Assembly: GCA_023145435.1 (NCBI GenBank)
Contig: JAGLDS010000004.1
Coordinates: 40,546 to 104,545 of the forward strand
Length of the DNA: 64,000 nt
Direction: 5' to 3'
Source: Clostridiales bacterium
Lineage (GTDB): Bacteria; Bacillota; Clostridia; DUPQ01
Shown: one piece after another, positions 21,251 to 31,248 of the stretch
How the letters are laid out: each line of letters starts with the position of its first letter
How positions within the stretch are numbered: the stretch's first letter is position 1
Position numbers and translations under genes: made by a program
The notes under the pieces: model-generated
The model's input: the letters and a program-made list of their open reading frames with translations, nothing else
Databases searched by the model: none
What the model was told of the DNA's origin: nothing

Positions 21251-22318
21251 TTACTTGTCCTCCTTTTTAAGTATTCTAATAATTTCATCAAGTAATTCTT
21301 GCTGTGCTGGTATATGACCACCCATTCGCCCATAGAAATAACAATTACTCTTTCCATTAACTGCTAATCTAACATCTTCAATCATTTGTCCTGCACTTAA
21401 TTCAACAGATAAAAATGCTTTTACTTTATCTGTATGTTTAGCAAGCGCTTCATAAGGATAAGGCCATAATGTGATAGGCCTAAATAGTCCTACATTTATA
21501 CCTATCTTTTTAGCTTTTTTAATTACATTTTTTATAATACGAGAAGTGGTTCCATATGATACCACAATAATATCTGCATTTTCACAGTTTATTTCTTCAT
21601 ATCTTATTTCATTTTTTTCTACTAAGCGGTATTTAGCTTGTAATCTAAGATTTGTTTTTTCTAATTCATCAGGATTAACATTAACACTTGTTATAAAGTT
21701 ACTATGTCCTCTATTACCCATACCATTAGTAGCCCATGGTTTATCATAAACTGTTATATCTTCTTTATCTTTAAATTGAACAGCTTCCATCATTTGTCCC
21801 ATTGAACCATCAGCCATAACCATACATAACATTCTATATTTATCAGCTAAATTAAAACTCTCTACTGTTAACTCATATAATTCTTGTACAGAATTAGGTG
21901 CTAAAACAATATTTCTATAATCTCCATGGCCTCCACCTTTTGTAACTTGAAAATAATCACATTGGCCAGGTAAAATACCTCCTAAACCAGGCCCACATCT
22001 AACTACATCAATTACTACCGCTGGTAATTCTGCACCTGCAATATATGAAAAGCCTTCTTGTTTCAATGATATACCCGGGCTAGATGATGAGGTCATTACT
22101 CTAGCACCAACTGCCGAAGCACCATATACCATATTAATAGCAGCAATTTCACTTTCTGCTTGTAAAAATGTTCCACCAAGTTCTGGTAATCTTTTTGCTA
22201 AGTAATGTGAAATTTCTGTTTGTGGAGTAATAGGATAACCAAAATAATGTAAACATCCAGCACGAATACATGCTTCTGCAATTACATCGTTACCTTTCAT
22301 TAATACTTTTTCACTCAT
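21251..22318 (-). CDS. vorB: 2-oxoacid:ferredoxin oxidoreductase alpha subunit (VorB-like)
   Basis: YFGYPITPQTE, QAESEIAA, TSSSSPGISLKQE, GGHGDY. Confidence 0.9.
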   Translation of the reverse strand: MSEKVLMKGNDVIAEACIRAGCLHYFGYPITPQTEISHYLAKRLPELGGTFLQAESEIAAINMVYGASAVGARVMTSSSSPGISLKQEGFSYIAGAELPAVVIDVVRCGPGLGGILPGQCDYFQVTKGGGHGDYRNIVLAPNSVQELYELTVESFNLADKYRMLCMVMADGSMGQMMEAVQFKDKEDITVYDKPWATNGMGNRGHSNFITSVNVNPDELEKTNLRLQAKYRLVEKNEIRYEEINCENADIIVVSYGTTSRIIKNVIKKAKKIGINVGLFRPITLWPYPYEALAKHTDKVKAFLSVELSAGQMIEDVRLAVNGKSNCYFYGRMGGHIPAQQELLDEIIRILKKEDK

Positions 22319-22530
22319 TACTTCACCTCCTTGATTTCAATAACTAAATCAGGGCAAGCTTCAACACACATACCACAAGCAATACACTTTTCAGGTTCTA
22401 CTATACCAGAAGCAAAGTAGCCTTTTTCATTTAATTTACTTTGATTATTTTCAATAATATGTACGGGACAAGCAACAACACAAAGACCACAGCCCTTGCA
22501 ACGTTCTTCCCTAAATACAGCACGTAACAT
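22318..22530 (-). CDS. 2x[4Fe-4S] delta subunit of the oxidoreductase
   Basis: Two CxxCxxCxxxCP motifs. Confidence 0.92.
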   Translation of the reverse strand: MLRAVFREERCKGCGLCVVACPVHIIENNQSKLNEKGYFASGIVEPEKCIACGMCVEACPDLVIEIKEVK

Positions 22531-22533
22531 GAT

Positions 22534-23520
22534 TTATCCTCCGTAGCCGTCTGGAAAATTATTCATAAATTTCCAAGCGCTCTTTATAATGTCATCTATT
22601 TTTGTAATTTTTGGAACCCATTTTAGTTCTTCTTTTGCTAACTGATTAGAAGCAACGAGTTTATCAGGGTCACCAGCTCTTCTACTATCCACCTCTGCTA
22701 GTATGGGTTTTTTAGTAACTTTCCTTGCATAATCAACAATTTCTTGTACTGAAAATCCCTTACCGTTTCCTAAGTTAAATATACCACTTTTTTTATATTT
22801 TTTCATCCATTTTACAGCTTTTATATGCGCATTAGCTAAATCAGTTACATGAATGTAGTCTCTAATACATGTTCCATCTTTTGTAGCATAATCATCTCCA
22901 TAAATATTTATCTTTTTTCGCTTTCCAAGCGCTACTTGTAACACCAATGGTATTAAATGAGTTTCATGATTACGGCTTTCACCTATTAATCCACTTTCAT
23001 GAGCTCCACAGGCATTAAAATATCGTAATGCTGTGTAATAGATTCCATGGGCACTGCTTACCCATTCCATCATTTGTTCTATTGCTAATTTAGTTTCTCC
23101 ATAAGGACTTTCAGGATTAGTTTTTGTTTCTTCTGTTATTATATTTGTTTCACTATTTCCATATACAGCTGCAGTTGATGAGAATACAATGTATTTAACT
23201 CCATATTTCACCATGAATTCTAATAAAGTTGCTGTTCCATGAAGATTATTATTATAGTATTTTAATGGATTAGCTACACTTTCAGCTACTCTAGAATCTG
23301 CTGCAAAGTGAATAACAGCATCAATTTTATTCTCAGTAAAAATATTAGTCATTATTTCTTTATCTCTTATATCACCAATATATAACTTAGCTTCACTTAT
23401 TGATTTAGCAGATCCTGTAGATAAATTATCAATAACAATTACTTCTTCATTTTGTTCTTGTAAAAGTTTCACCATATGTGAACCAATATATCCAGCTCCG
23501 CCTGTTACTAAAATGGTCAT
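22534..23520 (-). CDS. galE: UDP-glucose 4-epimerase
   Basis: GGAGYIGSH, FSSTAAVYG, YGETK, LRYFN, DGTCIRDYIHV. Confidence 0.96.
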   Translation of the reverse strand: MTILVTGGAGYIGSHMVKLLQEQNEEVIVIDNLSTGSAKSISEAKLYIGDIRDKEIMTNIFTENKIDAVIHFAADSRVAESVANPLKYYNNNLHGTATLLEFMVKYGVKYIVFSSTAAVYGNSETNIITEETKTNPESPYGETKLAIEQMMEWVSSAHGIYYTALRYFNACGAHESGLIGESRNHETHLIPLVLQVALGKRKKINIYGDDYATKDGTCIRDYIHVTDLANAHIKAVKWMKKYKKSGIFNLGNGKGFSVQEIVDYARKVTKKPILAEVDSRRAGDPDKLVASNQLAKEELKWVPKITKIDDIIKSAWKFMNNFPDGYGG

Positions 23521-24689
23521 TGTTTGTATACCTCTTTTCCACCATCACCAATTTCAGATATATAGAATGTGGCTTCATACCCAATTGCTTTATTATATAT
23601 TTTACCCACATTCTTAATAAATTTATCCACATATTTTTCTTTTACTAACGATACAGTACAACCACCAAATCCAGCTCCTGTCATACGTGACCCAAGTACC
23701 CCTGTTTGTAAAAGTGAAGCATTTACAAGAGTATCTAGTTCAATACATGATACTTCATATAAATCACGAAGAGAATTATGTGATTCATTCATATATTTCC
23801 CAAATTGTTCTACATTACCATCTTGTAAAGCTTTTACAGATAGTTTAACTCTCTCATTTTCTTTAATTACATGTGTAGCTCTATTTAAAATATCACTATC
23901 AGTGATTAAATGACTACTATTTAGTAACTGTGAGTAAGAAAGGTCACATAAATACTCAGCAGCTGAATAATCAGCTTGTAAAAAAGATAATGCAGTTTGA
24001 CACTGTGAAAATCGTTCATTATATTTACTTTCTCCAAGAGAACGTTTCTTATTTGTGTTAGAAATAACTATTTTGATTCCATCCATTTCCAATGGAATGT
24101 GAGCATAATCAAGTGTTTTACAATCTAATAACAGAGCATGATTTGCTTTTCCCATTGCAGATGCAAATTGATCCATTATTCCACATTTTACGCCAACATA
24201 ATTATGTTCGGCAGCAACACACAATTTAACTATCTCAACCAAATCAACAAAGTGATTATTAATGGCTAAAAGTGCAATTGCAGTTACAACTTCAATTGCT
24301 GCAGAAGATGATAATCCACTGCCTAGTGGTACTTTATCGTCAAAAATCATTTCACAACCCGTTAGTGAATAACCAGCTTTTTGTAGTTCATCTAAAACTC
24401 CTAATTGATAGTTGCCCCACTCATAGGCCTTATATAGTTCTAGACAGTCTAATTTAGCTTCTACTACATAATTAAGGTCAGTTGCATATAACCTAATTAT
24501 GTTATCATTTCGTTTCCGTATGGCCACTGTAGAAGCAAGTGTTAAAGCAGCTGGGAATACACTCCCTCCGTTATAATCTATATGTTCTCCTATTAAATTC
24601 ACTCGTCCTGGACTACGAAAAAAACGTATTTGCTCATTGCTTTTACCATATATTTCAATTAATTTATTTTCTAGTTGTAATAAATTCAT
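23517..24689 (-). CDS. galK: Galactokinase
   Basis: PGRVNLIGEHIDYN, PLGSGLSSSAA, CGIMDQ, GSRMTGAGFGG. Confidence 0.96.
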   Translation of the reverse strand: MNLLQLENKLIEIYGKSNEQIRFFRSPGRVNLIGEHIDYNGGSVFPAALTLASTVAIRKRNDNIIRLYATDLNYVVEAKLDCLELYKAYEWGNYQLGVLDELQKAGYSLTGCEMIFDDKVPLGSGLSSSAAIEVVTAIALLAINNHFVDLVEIVKLCVAAEHNYVGVKCGIMDQFASAMGKANHALLLDCKTLDYAHIPLEMDGIKIVISNTNKKRSLGESKYNERFSQCQTALSFLQADYSAAEYLCDLSYSQLLNSSHLITDSDILNRATHVIKENERVKLSVKALQDGNVEQFGKYMNESHNSLRDLYEVSCIELDTLVNASLLQTGVLGSRMTGAGFGGCTVSLVKEKYVDKFIKNVGKIYNKAIGYEATFYISEIGDGGKEVYKQ

Positions 24690-25667
24690 TTAATCGTTCA
24701 CTTTCTTTATATGTCTTTCATAAGCAATTTGTAATTCAATAGCTTTTTGTTCAGGAGCTGTGGTATTACAATGTGCCCATGCACCTGTTTCAGATGATGC
24801 ATTAAATTTAATTTTATTCTCTGATCTCATTGGTGGAAAAAATTCCACATGGAAATGATAATAATTTGTAGTGTCTTCATAATTAACAGGGCTTTGATAC
24901 ATACACATCATATATGGGAATGGTTTATCAAATAGGCTATCTAACATTCCAACTGTATTACGTAAAGTTTTAGCAAAAGATAATTTTTCTATTTCGCTAA
25001 ATTCAGATAAATTACCGATATGTCTTTTAGATACTATATGAACTCCATAGGGGTATTCTGAATAAAATGGTAAATATACTACAAAATGTTCATCTTGAAA
25101 TATTACACGTTGTTTAAATTCTATTTCTTCGCTATTTAGAGTACATATTAAACAATCACCAGTAGATTCAAAGTGTTCTTTACATGATATTAATTCTAAT
25201 TCAACTTTTTTTGGTATAAATGGATATCCATATATTTGACCATGGGGATGGGGCATTGTTACTCCTACCACTTCTCCTCTATTTTCAAAGATAAATATAA
25301 ATTTTACTTTTTCATCTTTGGCAATTTCTATATATCGCTCAGTCCATAAATCAACTAATTTTTTTACATGAAATATTGATAATTGAGGTAAAGTTACAGT
25401 ATGTTCAGGTGAATACAAAATCACTTCACATTTACCAAATGATGGTAACACCTTAAAGATAGAAGTTTCCACTTCATCTGGTATTGGTGGTGTAGGTGAT
25501 AATGCTGGAAAATCATTTGGATACATTAATACATCATAATCATCTGGTACATTACCACTACCGCTACAAAATGGACACCAATTACTTGGCATTTGTGGTC
25601 TATCTTGTCTATTTGATGCAATCATTACCCAATCTTTTATTAATGGGTTCCACCTAATCTCTGCCAT
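24690..25667 (-). CDS. galT: Galactose-1-phosphate uridylyltransferase (type I)
   Basis: CPFC, NDFPAL, FENRG...HPHGQ catalytic motif. Confidence 0.95.
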   Translation of the reverse strand: MAEIRWNPLIKDWVMIASNRQDRPQMPSNWCPFCSGSGNVPDDYDVLMYPNDFPALSPTPPIPDEVETSIFKVLPSFGKCEVILYSPEHTVTLPQLSIFHVKKLVDLWTERYIEIAKDEKVKFIFIFENRGEVVGVTMPHPHGQIYGYPFIPKKVELELISCKEHFESTGDCLICTLNSEEIEFKQRVIFQDEHFVVYLPFYSEYPYGVHIVSKRHIGNLSEFSEIEKLSFAKTLRNTVGMLDSLFDKPFPYMMCMYQSPVNYEDTTNYYHFHVEFFPPMRSENKIKFNASSETGAWAHCNTTAPEQKAIELQIAYERHIKKVND

Positions 25668-25697
25668 TTTTTTACACTCCTTTATTTCGCAAGATTT

Positions 25698-25734
25698 ATT
25701 ATATCAATTTTTATGAAGAGTATAAAGCGTTTTA
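25698..25734 (-). promoter_or_regulatory. gal operon promoter with overlapping LacI/cre-like operator
   Basis: Minus strand TTTATA-17 nt-TATAAT with extended TG; TAAAACGCTTTA (AANCGNTT core) overlaps the -35. Confidence 0.5.
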
Positions 25735-25819
25735 GTAAAGTTTTTATGAGCAGGTAATAAAAAGTTAGTTATAATATAATAATCATTGATTAGTTACATC
25801 TTTTTTAGTTTTTTTTTTT

Positions 25820-25973
25820 TGAGTTTTTCTAAAAAGAGTTGACGATTTTTAGATATTTCTCGCAACATATCCTCATGAACTCGATCTTACACTTGATGAT
25901 TCTCATATTAAGTAATAGTTGTATCACACCACCCAAGAACTTTAGCTAAGTTTTTTGCATTAACATCATATTT
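25820..25973 (-). pseudogene. Remnant of an MqsA-like HTH / DUF4065 (Panacea)-type antitoxin gene
   Basis: KYDVNAKNLAKVLGWCDTTIT*YENHQV*DRVHEDMLREISKNRQLFLEKL, with two in-frame stops (25908-25910, 25887-25889). Confidence 0.6.
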
Positions 25974-26018
25974 TCATCAGCTATAAAGGAATTGCCCGTA
26001 AATAGTAAATATACAAAT

Positions 26019-26879
26019 TTATGACTGTTTGTACATGTCAACTAAGTGTTTGGCAGTTTTATACATAAAAATAGTTGCATCTTTTAATAATTCATCTGGG
26101 AATTTTTCTAAGAAACGATCAGATTCTAATGTTAGTTCACCTGTATAATCAATATCTTTTAGTGCTTTCATAATTGATGGAAAGTTCATTTTTTGAGTAA
26201 ATGGTAATGTGTGTAAATCATTTATAAAATCATTATCATGTACATGTAATGCTTTTAATCTATCATGACCTAATCCATAGATCATATTAGAAGCATCTTC
26301 CCCTACTAATCCACAGTGTCCAATATCTAAACAAGCTGTAAAGTAATCACTATCTAGTGCATCTAAGTAATCTACAAATTGCTCTGTATCTGAACAAATA
26401 TTTTTAGTATATTTATTTGTTTCTTCGTGTCTTGATCCAAACATATTTTCTAATGCAATCTTCACATTATATTGCTTTGCGTATGGTAATAGTGAATTAT
26501 AGAAATCTAAGTTAAATTGTTTCTGATCGTTTTTAACTGCTATTGGGTGAATTATTATTTGTTTTACACCTAATATTGCACTTGCTTCAATTGATCTTAT
26601 TAATTGAGGTATAATCTTTTTATTATATTCTTCATTTCCTACAACATATGATGGAAACGGAGCATGTGCTTGAGTAATATTAACACCATAACCATCAGCA
26701 ATTTCTCTTAATTGTTTCATTTTTTTCTGGTAGTTATTTACTTGTAATGGTCCATCTGTCATATAACCACTAAACATGGAGTAATCGATTGAGTCAAATC
26801 CTATTTCACATAACATTTTAATAGCTTTTATATCTCCAAATATCTTTTCTAAATATAACGATTGTGTTGCGATTTTCAT
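26019..26879 (-). CDS. Sugar-phosphate isomerase/epimerase (xylose-isomerase-like TIM barrel)
   Basis: ALENM, CLDIGH, LHVHDN...DLH, LTLE metal-ligand pattern. Confidence 0.85.
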   Translation of the reverse strand: MKIATQSLYLEKIFGDIKAIKMLCEIGFDSIDYSMFSGYMTDGPLQVNNYQKKMKQLREIADGYGVNITQAHAPFPSYVVGNEEYNKKIIPQLIRSIEASAILGVKQIIIHPIAVKNDQKQFNLDFYNSLLPYAKQYNVKIALENMFGSRHEETNKYTKNICSDTEQFVDYLDALDSDYFTACLDIGHCGLVGEDASNMIYGLGHDRLKALHVHDNDFINDLHTLPFTQKMNFPSIMKALKDIDYTGELTLESDRFLEKFPDELLKDATIFMYKTAKHLVDMYKQS

Positions 26880-27025
26880 AATATACCTTCTATTACATAT
26901 TTTTACTTATTATATCGTAAAAACATTAATAAATGTTTAATATTTTTGCTAATATATTTAAAAATGGTTTCATTTTATATTTTTTGTGTATAATAGTAGA
27001 AGTTATTAATTAAGGAGTATATTCG

Positions 27026-28252
27026 TTGGTAAATAATAGAAATTACAAAATAGCATACATAGGATTCATGTGGCATGCTTTTTTCTTAGCATTGACCATG
27101 TCAATGTTAGACTTAAATACAGTATTTCCTTCACTAGTTTCAGAATTAACAGGTTCTAAAGCTCTATTTGGACTTTTGTATTCTATTATGCTTGGTGTTC
27201 CACTACTTTTTAATATCCTATTTAGTCATTATCTAAAAACAAAACCTAAAAAGAAAAAATACCTTTTAATTGGTATATACGTTCGTGCTTTTTCTTTTCT
27301 CGGTATGGCTACTTTCACATATTTCTTTGGATTGTCAAAACCAATGTTTGCTTTTAGTACTTTCTTTCTTTGGATTTTCTTATTTTCGTTAAGTGGTGGT
27401 TTTGCAGGGATTTCATATACTGATATTTTAGCTAAGACAATTCCAAGTGATAAACGTACTAATCTCTACTCAATAAAACAATTCATAAGTAGTATTGCAG
27501 CTTTTCTTGGTGGTTTAGCAGTTAGTAAGATTTTTTCAATTAGTACACTAGCTTATCCAATTAATTATTCACTTAGTTTATCAATTGGTTTTATTGGGAT
27601 ATTTATTGCATCAATTGGTTTTTTGATTATACCTGAACCAGCTTCTAAAAACATTCCTAGTGAAAAAGAATCATTTATTGAATATTTAAAAAAAGTGCCT
27701 CAATTTCTTAAAAGAGATTTTAATTTTAGACGCTTTATTATTGTAGAAAATATGGCTAGTTTTAGTATTATGATTATGCCATTTTATATGATATTTGCAA
27801 AAGAAATGTTTTCAATAGATAGTTCATATATTGGCCGTTATCTTCTTTTTCAAATATCAGGAACTATAGTGTCAGCCTTAATATGGGGATTAGTAGCTAA
27901 AAAGCTTAGTGCTAAATCAATTATGCGAGTATGTATTATTCTTGGTGGTCTTATTCCTCTAATAGCCATAGGCCTATCTTTCCTTGGACCTGATTATTTT
28001 GCAATTGTATTCTTACTAATTGGATTTATCATTAGTGGGCGACGTGTTGGTTTTGAACCGTACTTATTAGATATTGCACCTGACGAGCATCGTACAGAAT
28101 ACTTAGGAATTAGAGGATCACTAAATATCCTTAAAGTAATACTGCCAATCTTAGGTGGAATATTTATTGAAACCTTAGGTTATTATTTTACTTTTAGCCT
28201 TGTTGCCATAGTTATGTTCTTTTCATCATTTTTGTTAAAGAAAAAACAATAA
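27026..28252 (+). CDS. MFS transporter
   Basis: About 12 TM helices, 408 aa; AAGGAG RBS and TTG start. Confidence 0.85.
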   Translation: MVNNRNYKIAYIGFMWHAFFLALTMSMLDLNTVFPSLVSELTGSKALFGLLYSIMLGVPLLFNILFSHYLKTKPKKKKYLLIGIYVRAFSFLGMATFTYFFGLSKPMFAFSTFFLWIFLFSLSGGFAGISYTDILAKTIPSDKRTNLYSIKQFISSIAAFLGGLAVSKIFSISTLAYPINYSLSLSIGFIGIFIASIGFLIIPEPASKNIPSEKESFIEYLKKVPQFLKRDFNFRRFIIVENMASFSIMIMPFYMIFAKEMFSIDSSYIGRYLLFQISGTIVSALIWGLVAKKLSAKSIMRVCIILGGLIPLIAIGLSFLGPDYFAIVFLLIGFIISGRRVGFEPYLLDIAPDEHRTEYLGIRGSLNILKVILPILGGIFIETLGYYFTFSLVAIVMFFSSFLLKKKQ

Positions 28253-28267
28253 GTACTCTTTTCAAAA

Positions 28268-29635
28268 TCATTTACACAACTGGTAGTATGTATTCTTACT
28301 CTTCCCGCTTTTTATAACAATCCCTAGATTTTCCATTTCACGTAAAAGGTTACCACTTTTTGTTTGACTAAACCCATATGATTTTTGAATATCATTTCTC
28401 ATTATGTACCCATTGATTTTAATAGTTTTCTTTATATCTTCTATAACAGCTTCCCTGTCATAAATATTAACTAGGTGTTTTTCAGTTCCTAGGTCACTGC
28501 TACTATTATATGCTTCATGTGTATCTTCTACAGTCATATATTCCTCTAATTGATTAAGTTTAGGAAGCCTTAAAATAAATGCATTAGGTGTAATCTTAAA
28601 CTCTGGTTTAACTGACAAACCATTATACACTGATAGGATTTTAGTAATGCCAGTACCATAGGCTTCAATAAGTTCTAGACGATAGAAAATATTTGCAAGT
28701 TTTTCATTTCTTTGTTTTGAAACACCTTCCATAATATCCTCAAGTTCCAAACCATCTGGTAAAGTACCCATGGAAACAAATTCACAATAATTATTAAATA
28801 TATTGACAAAGATACTTCCTCCCACTCCATAATCCCTATGAATAAGCGCATTAAGAAGTCCTTCTCTAAGCGTTATAGGATCATAATCATATTGATCTTT
28901 TCTACGTAGTCCTTCATAAGTAGTATCCATATGATTGTGCATTTGTAAATATTGATATACATCATTCATCTGTCTTAACAATGAACCTCCAAACTCCTGT
29001 CTGTGTTTAAACTTAGTTTTGTTATCACCTTCAAAAATAGCAGCTTTAACAATGTGAGGACACTGATCAGATAGCAATAACGCCAAATTGTTATACAATC
29101 CATCTTCATCAATCATTCCTAAGGTTTTAAAATTTACCTGTTTGAACTCTAATTCACGTTGTTCAAACTGATTTCTTGCATACAAAAAAGTCAAGTTTTG
29201 TTTAAGTGATCTTGTTGTTTCGTATGTTATCCCATGGCTTTTAATAATCATCAACCAAATATCTTTATCACTAACTGGGATACTTGTATTTCCCAAACGT
29301 ATATATACACCAGATGGTCTCATTCCCTTATCTTTAAGATAATATGGTTTACCCTCTCCTCTTTGAACTTCAATGATAATAATATCTTTTCCAGCAATAG
29401 TCTTCTTCTGTAGATTGACATAATTAATGACAGAGGGCATTATTTTATCGCGAATTATAGATGATATAACTTCAAGCTGCTCTTTTATTCCTTTTATTCC
29501 AATAACCTCACCATCATCAGATATTCCAATGTAGATTTTACCACCAAGAGTATTTGCAAAAGCAACTACCTCTTTCATTAGGTCCTTACTCATCTCTTCT
29601 TTTAATTCAATTGTATCTGATTCAATATATTGCAA
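28268..29635 (-). CDS. Schlafen/AlbA_2 - HATPase-like (RecG-C-like) - winged-HTH protein
   Basis: ESDTIELKE...EVVAFANTLGGKIYIGISDDG (AlbA_2); LREGLLNALIHRDY...IEAYGTGI; C-terminal wHTH LLREMENLGIVIKSGKSKNTYY. Confidence 0.85.
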   Translation of the reverse strand: MQYIESDTIELKEEMSKDLMKEVVAFANTLGGKIYIGISDDGEVIGIKGIKEQLEVISSIIRDKIMPSVINYVNLQKKTIAGKDIIIIEVQRGEGKPYYLKDKGMRPSGVYIRLGNTSIPVSDKDIWLMIIKSHGITYETTRSLKQNLTFLYARNQFEQRELEFKQVNFKTLGMIDEDGLYNNLALLLSDQCPHIVKAAIFEGDNKTKFKHRQEFGGSLLRQMNDVYQYLQMHNHMDTTYEGLRRKDQYDYDPITLREGLLNALIHRDYGVGGSIFVNIFNNYCEFVSMGTLPDGLELEDIMEGVSKQRNEKLANIFYRLELIEAYGTGITKILSVYNGLSVKPEFKITPNAFILRLPKLNQLEEYMTVEDTHEAYNSSSDLGTEKHLVNIYDREAVIEDIKKTIKINGYIMRNDIQKSYGFSQTKSGNLLREMENLGIVIKSGKSKNTYYQLCK

Positions 29636-29654
29636 AATGTTCTCCTAAAATATT

Positions 29655-29693
29655 TTCTATCTTATTCTATCACTTTCTATCTTTTTCTGTCAA
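29655..29693 (-). promoter_or_regulatory. Promoter covered by four 10-bp-phased GA(T/C)AGAA direct repeats
   Basis: Minus strand TTGACA-18 nt-TAGAAT with extended TG; plus-strand TTCTATC at 29655, 29665, 29675 and TTCTGTC at 29685. Confidence 0.7.
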
Positions 29694-29830
29694 ATTAATT
29701 ACTGTAACAGCGCTTTCATTATTAACAATATATATCGCAAAATCTATTTCTTTTTAACTTTTTGTTGATAAATAAATAATTAAATACTTTACTACATTGA
29801 AAACTTAATACCTTTAGTTAACTGAATAGG

Positions 29831-29856
29831 AAAGACACCTTTTATCAGATGCCTTT
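29831..29856 (-). terminator. Probable terminator after the anti-sigma gene
   Basis: Minus strand AAAGGCATCT-gataaa-AGGTGTCTTT with G-U pairs; weak U tract. Confidence 0.45.
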
Positions 29857-29897
29857 AATTAAACTATTTCACATATACTTTTTCATCTAATATTAAG

Positions 29898-31235
29898 CTA
29901 GTCTCTTGATTCAATTTTTTGTTCAAATACATTTTCATCTTCAATTAAACATACTACATTGCTTAAAATAATTTTATAATTATCTACCAATGGTATATTA
30001 CTGAATTTGAAAAACTTACTTACTTTCAAATTAGATTCATCATCTTTGACTAAATCTCCAAACTGTTTTGACTTATATCTTATATCATTATTCTCAACAT
30101 ATAGAGAATAACCTTTTACCTTGTCGTCTATTGTGTTTGATGAATTTATTATAAGTTCATTTGTAATACTATCATATACAATTTTATCAATCCAAATTAT
30201 CTCATCCTTATAAGTAATTCCCATAGGAAAGTTTTTATTTAAATCAACATCAATTTCAACTGTTATATTTCCATCGTAAAAATATCCTAAAAATCCAATA
30301 TATATCGTCTGATTTTGATTATAGTAACATGAATCATTAAATATCACCCTAATATATCTTTTCCCATCTTCTTTATAATAATATTCAAAATTATTTTCAG
30401 CATAGATTTTAGTTGATGAATCTAATTGAATATATAGTTTATTAAATTCACTAATGGTATAAGGGTTTTTATCATCTAATCTTATAAGAAGTTCAGTTCT
30501 GGTTGGATATGAGATTAATTTTTCAAAGCATATATCTCCATATACTGTTTGGTAGTCTATATTTAATAGATGTTCATTAGAAAGAGCAATGTCTGTATCT
30601 AATACTGTTACTTTTACTTTTCCAACTTCAACAATTTGTTCACTTTGTCCATTCAAAAGCTGCATGTCCACTTGTATAATTCCATCATTAGAAATAATAT
30701 CCTTTAACTCAAAAAGTTTAAATTTAATATCTAGCTTACTTACTGGTTCATCATTTACTACTTCATGTGATGAGGAAGTCCTTTCTCCAAAATCATCTGG
30801 CATTGCAACAATTAACATTTCTTTGTTTAATTCTTCATTTTTCACTTTATAACGAGCTGTAATGTTAACTCTTGCTTCATCAATTATGATGTGATCAAGA
30901 TAAATAATATAGTCTTCGTTTTCAACCATCATTGGTCCAAAATCTTTATATTCATTTAATACAGCTTTTTCTATCCCATAATCTCTATTAAAATAAAACC
31001 ATTTAATACTTTCTCTAATGCCAGGAATATTGTTAGCTATAACTCTAAACCCAGAAGATATGTTAATTAATAATATATATGCTACTAATACAACAACAAC
31101 CACGCTAACATATTTAAGTGGTTGTCTTTTTCTTCTTGTTATTAATAATGTACTTTTTGTAACTTCATCTAGTTTACTACTTAGAGTAAAATCTTCTTTT
31201 ATATGATTTTCAAGGATAAATTTATCATTATTCAT
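29898..31235 (-). CDS. Putative anti-sigma factor (DUF4179-like)
   Basis: Single N-terminal TM, then NISSGF...IPGI...DYGIEKAV-NEY; directly downstream of an ECF sigma factor. Confidence 0.75.
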   Translation of the reverse strand: MNNDKFILENHIKEDFTLSSKLDEVTKSTLLITRRKRQPLKYVSVVVVVLVAYILLINISSGFRVIANNIPGIRESIKWFYFNRDYGIEKAVLNEYKDFGPMMVENEDYIIYLDHIIIDEARVNITARYKVKNEELNKEMLIVAMPDDFGERTSSSHEVVNDEPVSKLDIKFKLFELKDIISNDGIIQVDMQLLNGQSEQIVEVGKVKVTVLDTDIALSNEHLLNIDYQTVYGDICFEKLISYPTRTELLIRLDDKNPYTISEFNKLYIQLDSSTKIYAENNFEYYYKEDGKRYIRVIFNDSCYYNQNQTIYIGFLGYFYDGNITVEIDVDLNKNFPMGITYKDEIIWIDKIVYDSITNELIINSSNTIDDKVKGYSLYVENNDIRYKSKQFGDLVKDDESNLKVSKFFKFSNIPLVDNYKIILSNVVCLIEDENVFEQKIESRD

Positions 31236-31248
31236 TAGTTTTTTTCTC

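Noticed and set aside
29703..29718. cre-like sequence TGTAACAGCGCTTTCA
   Set aside because: It is two bases too long for the consensus and is not in front of a catabolic gene.
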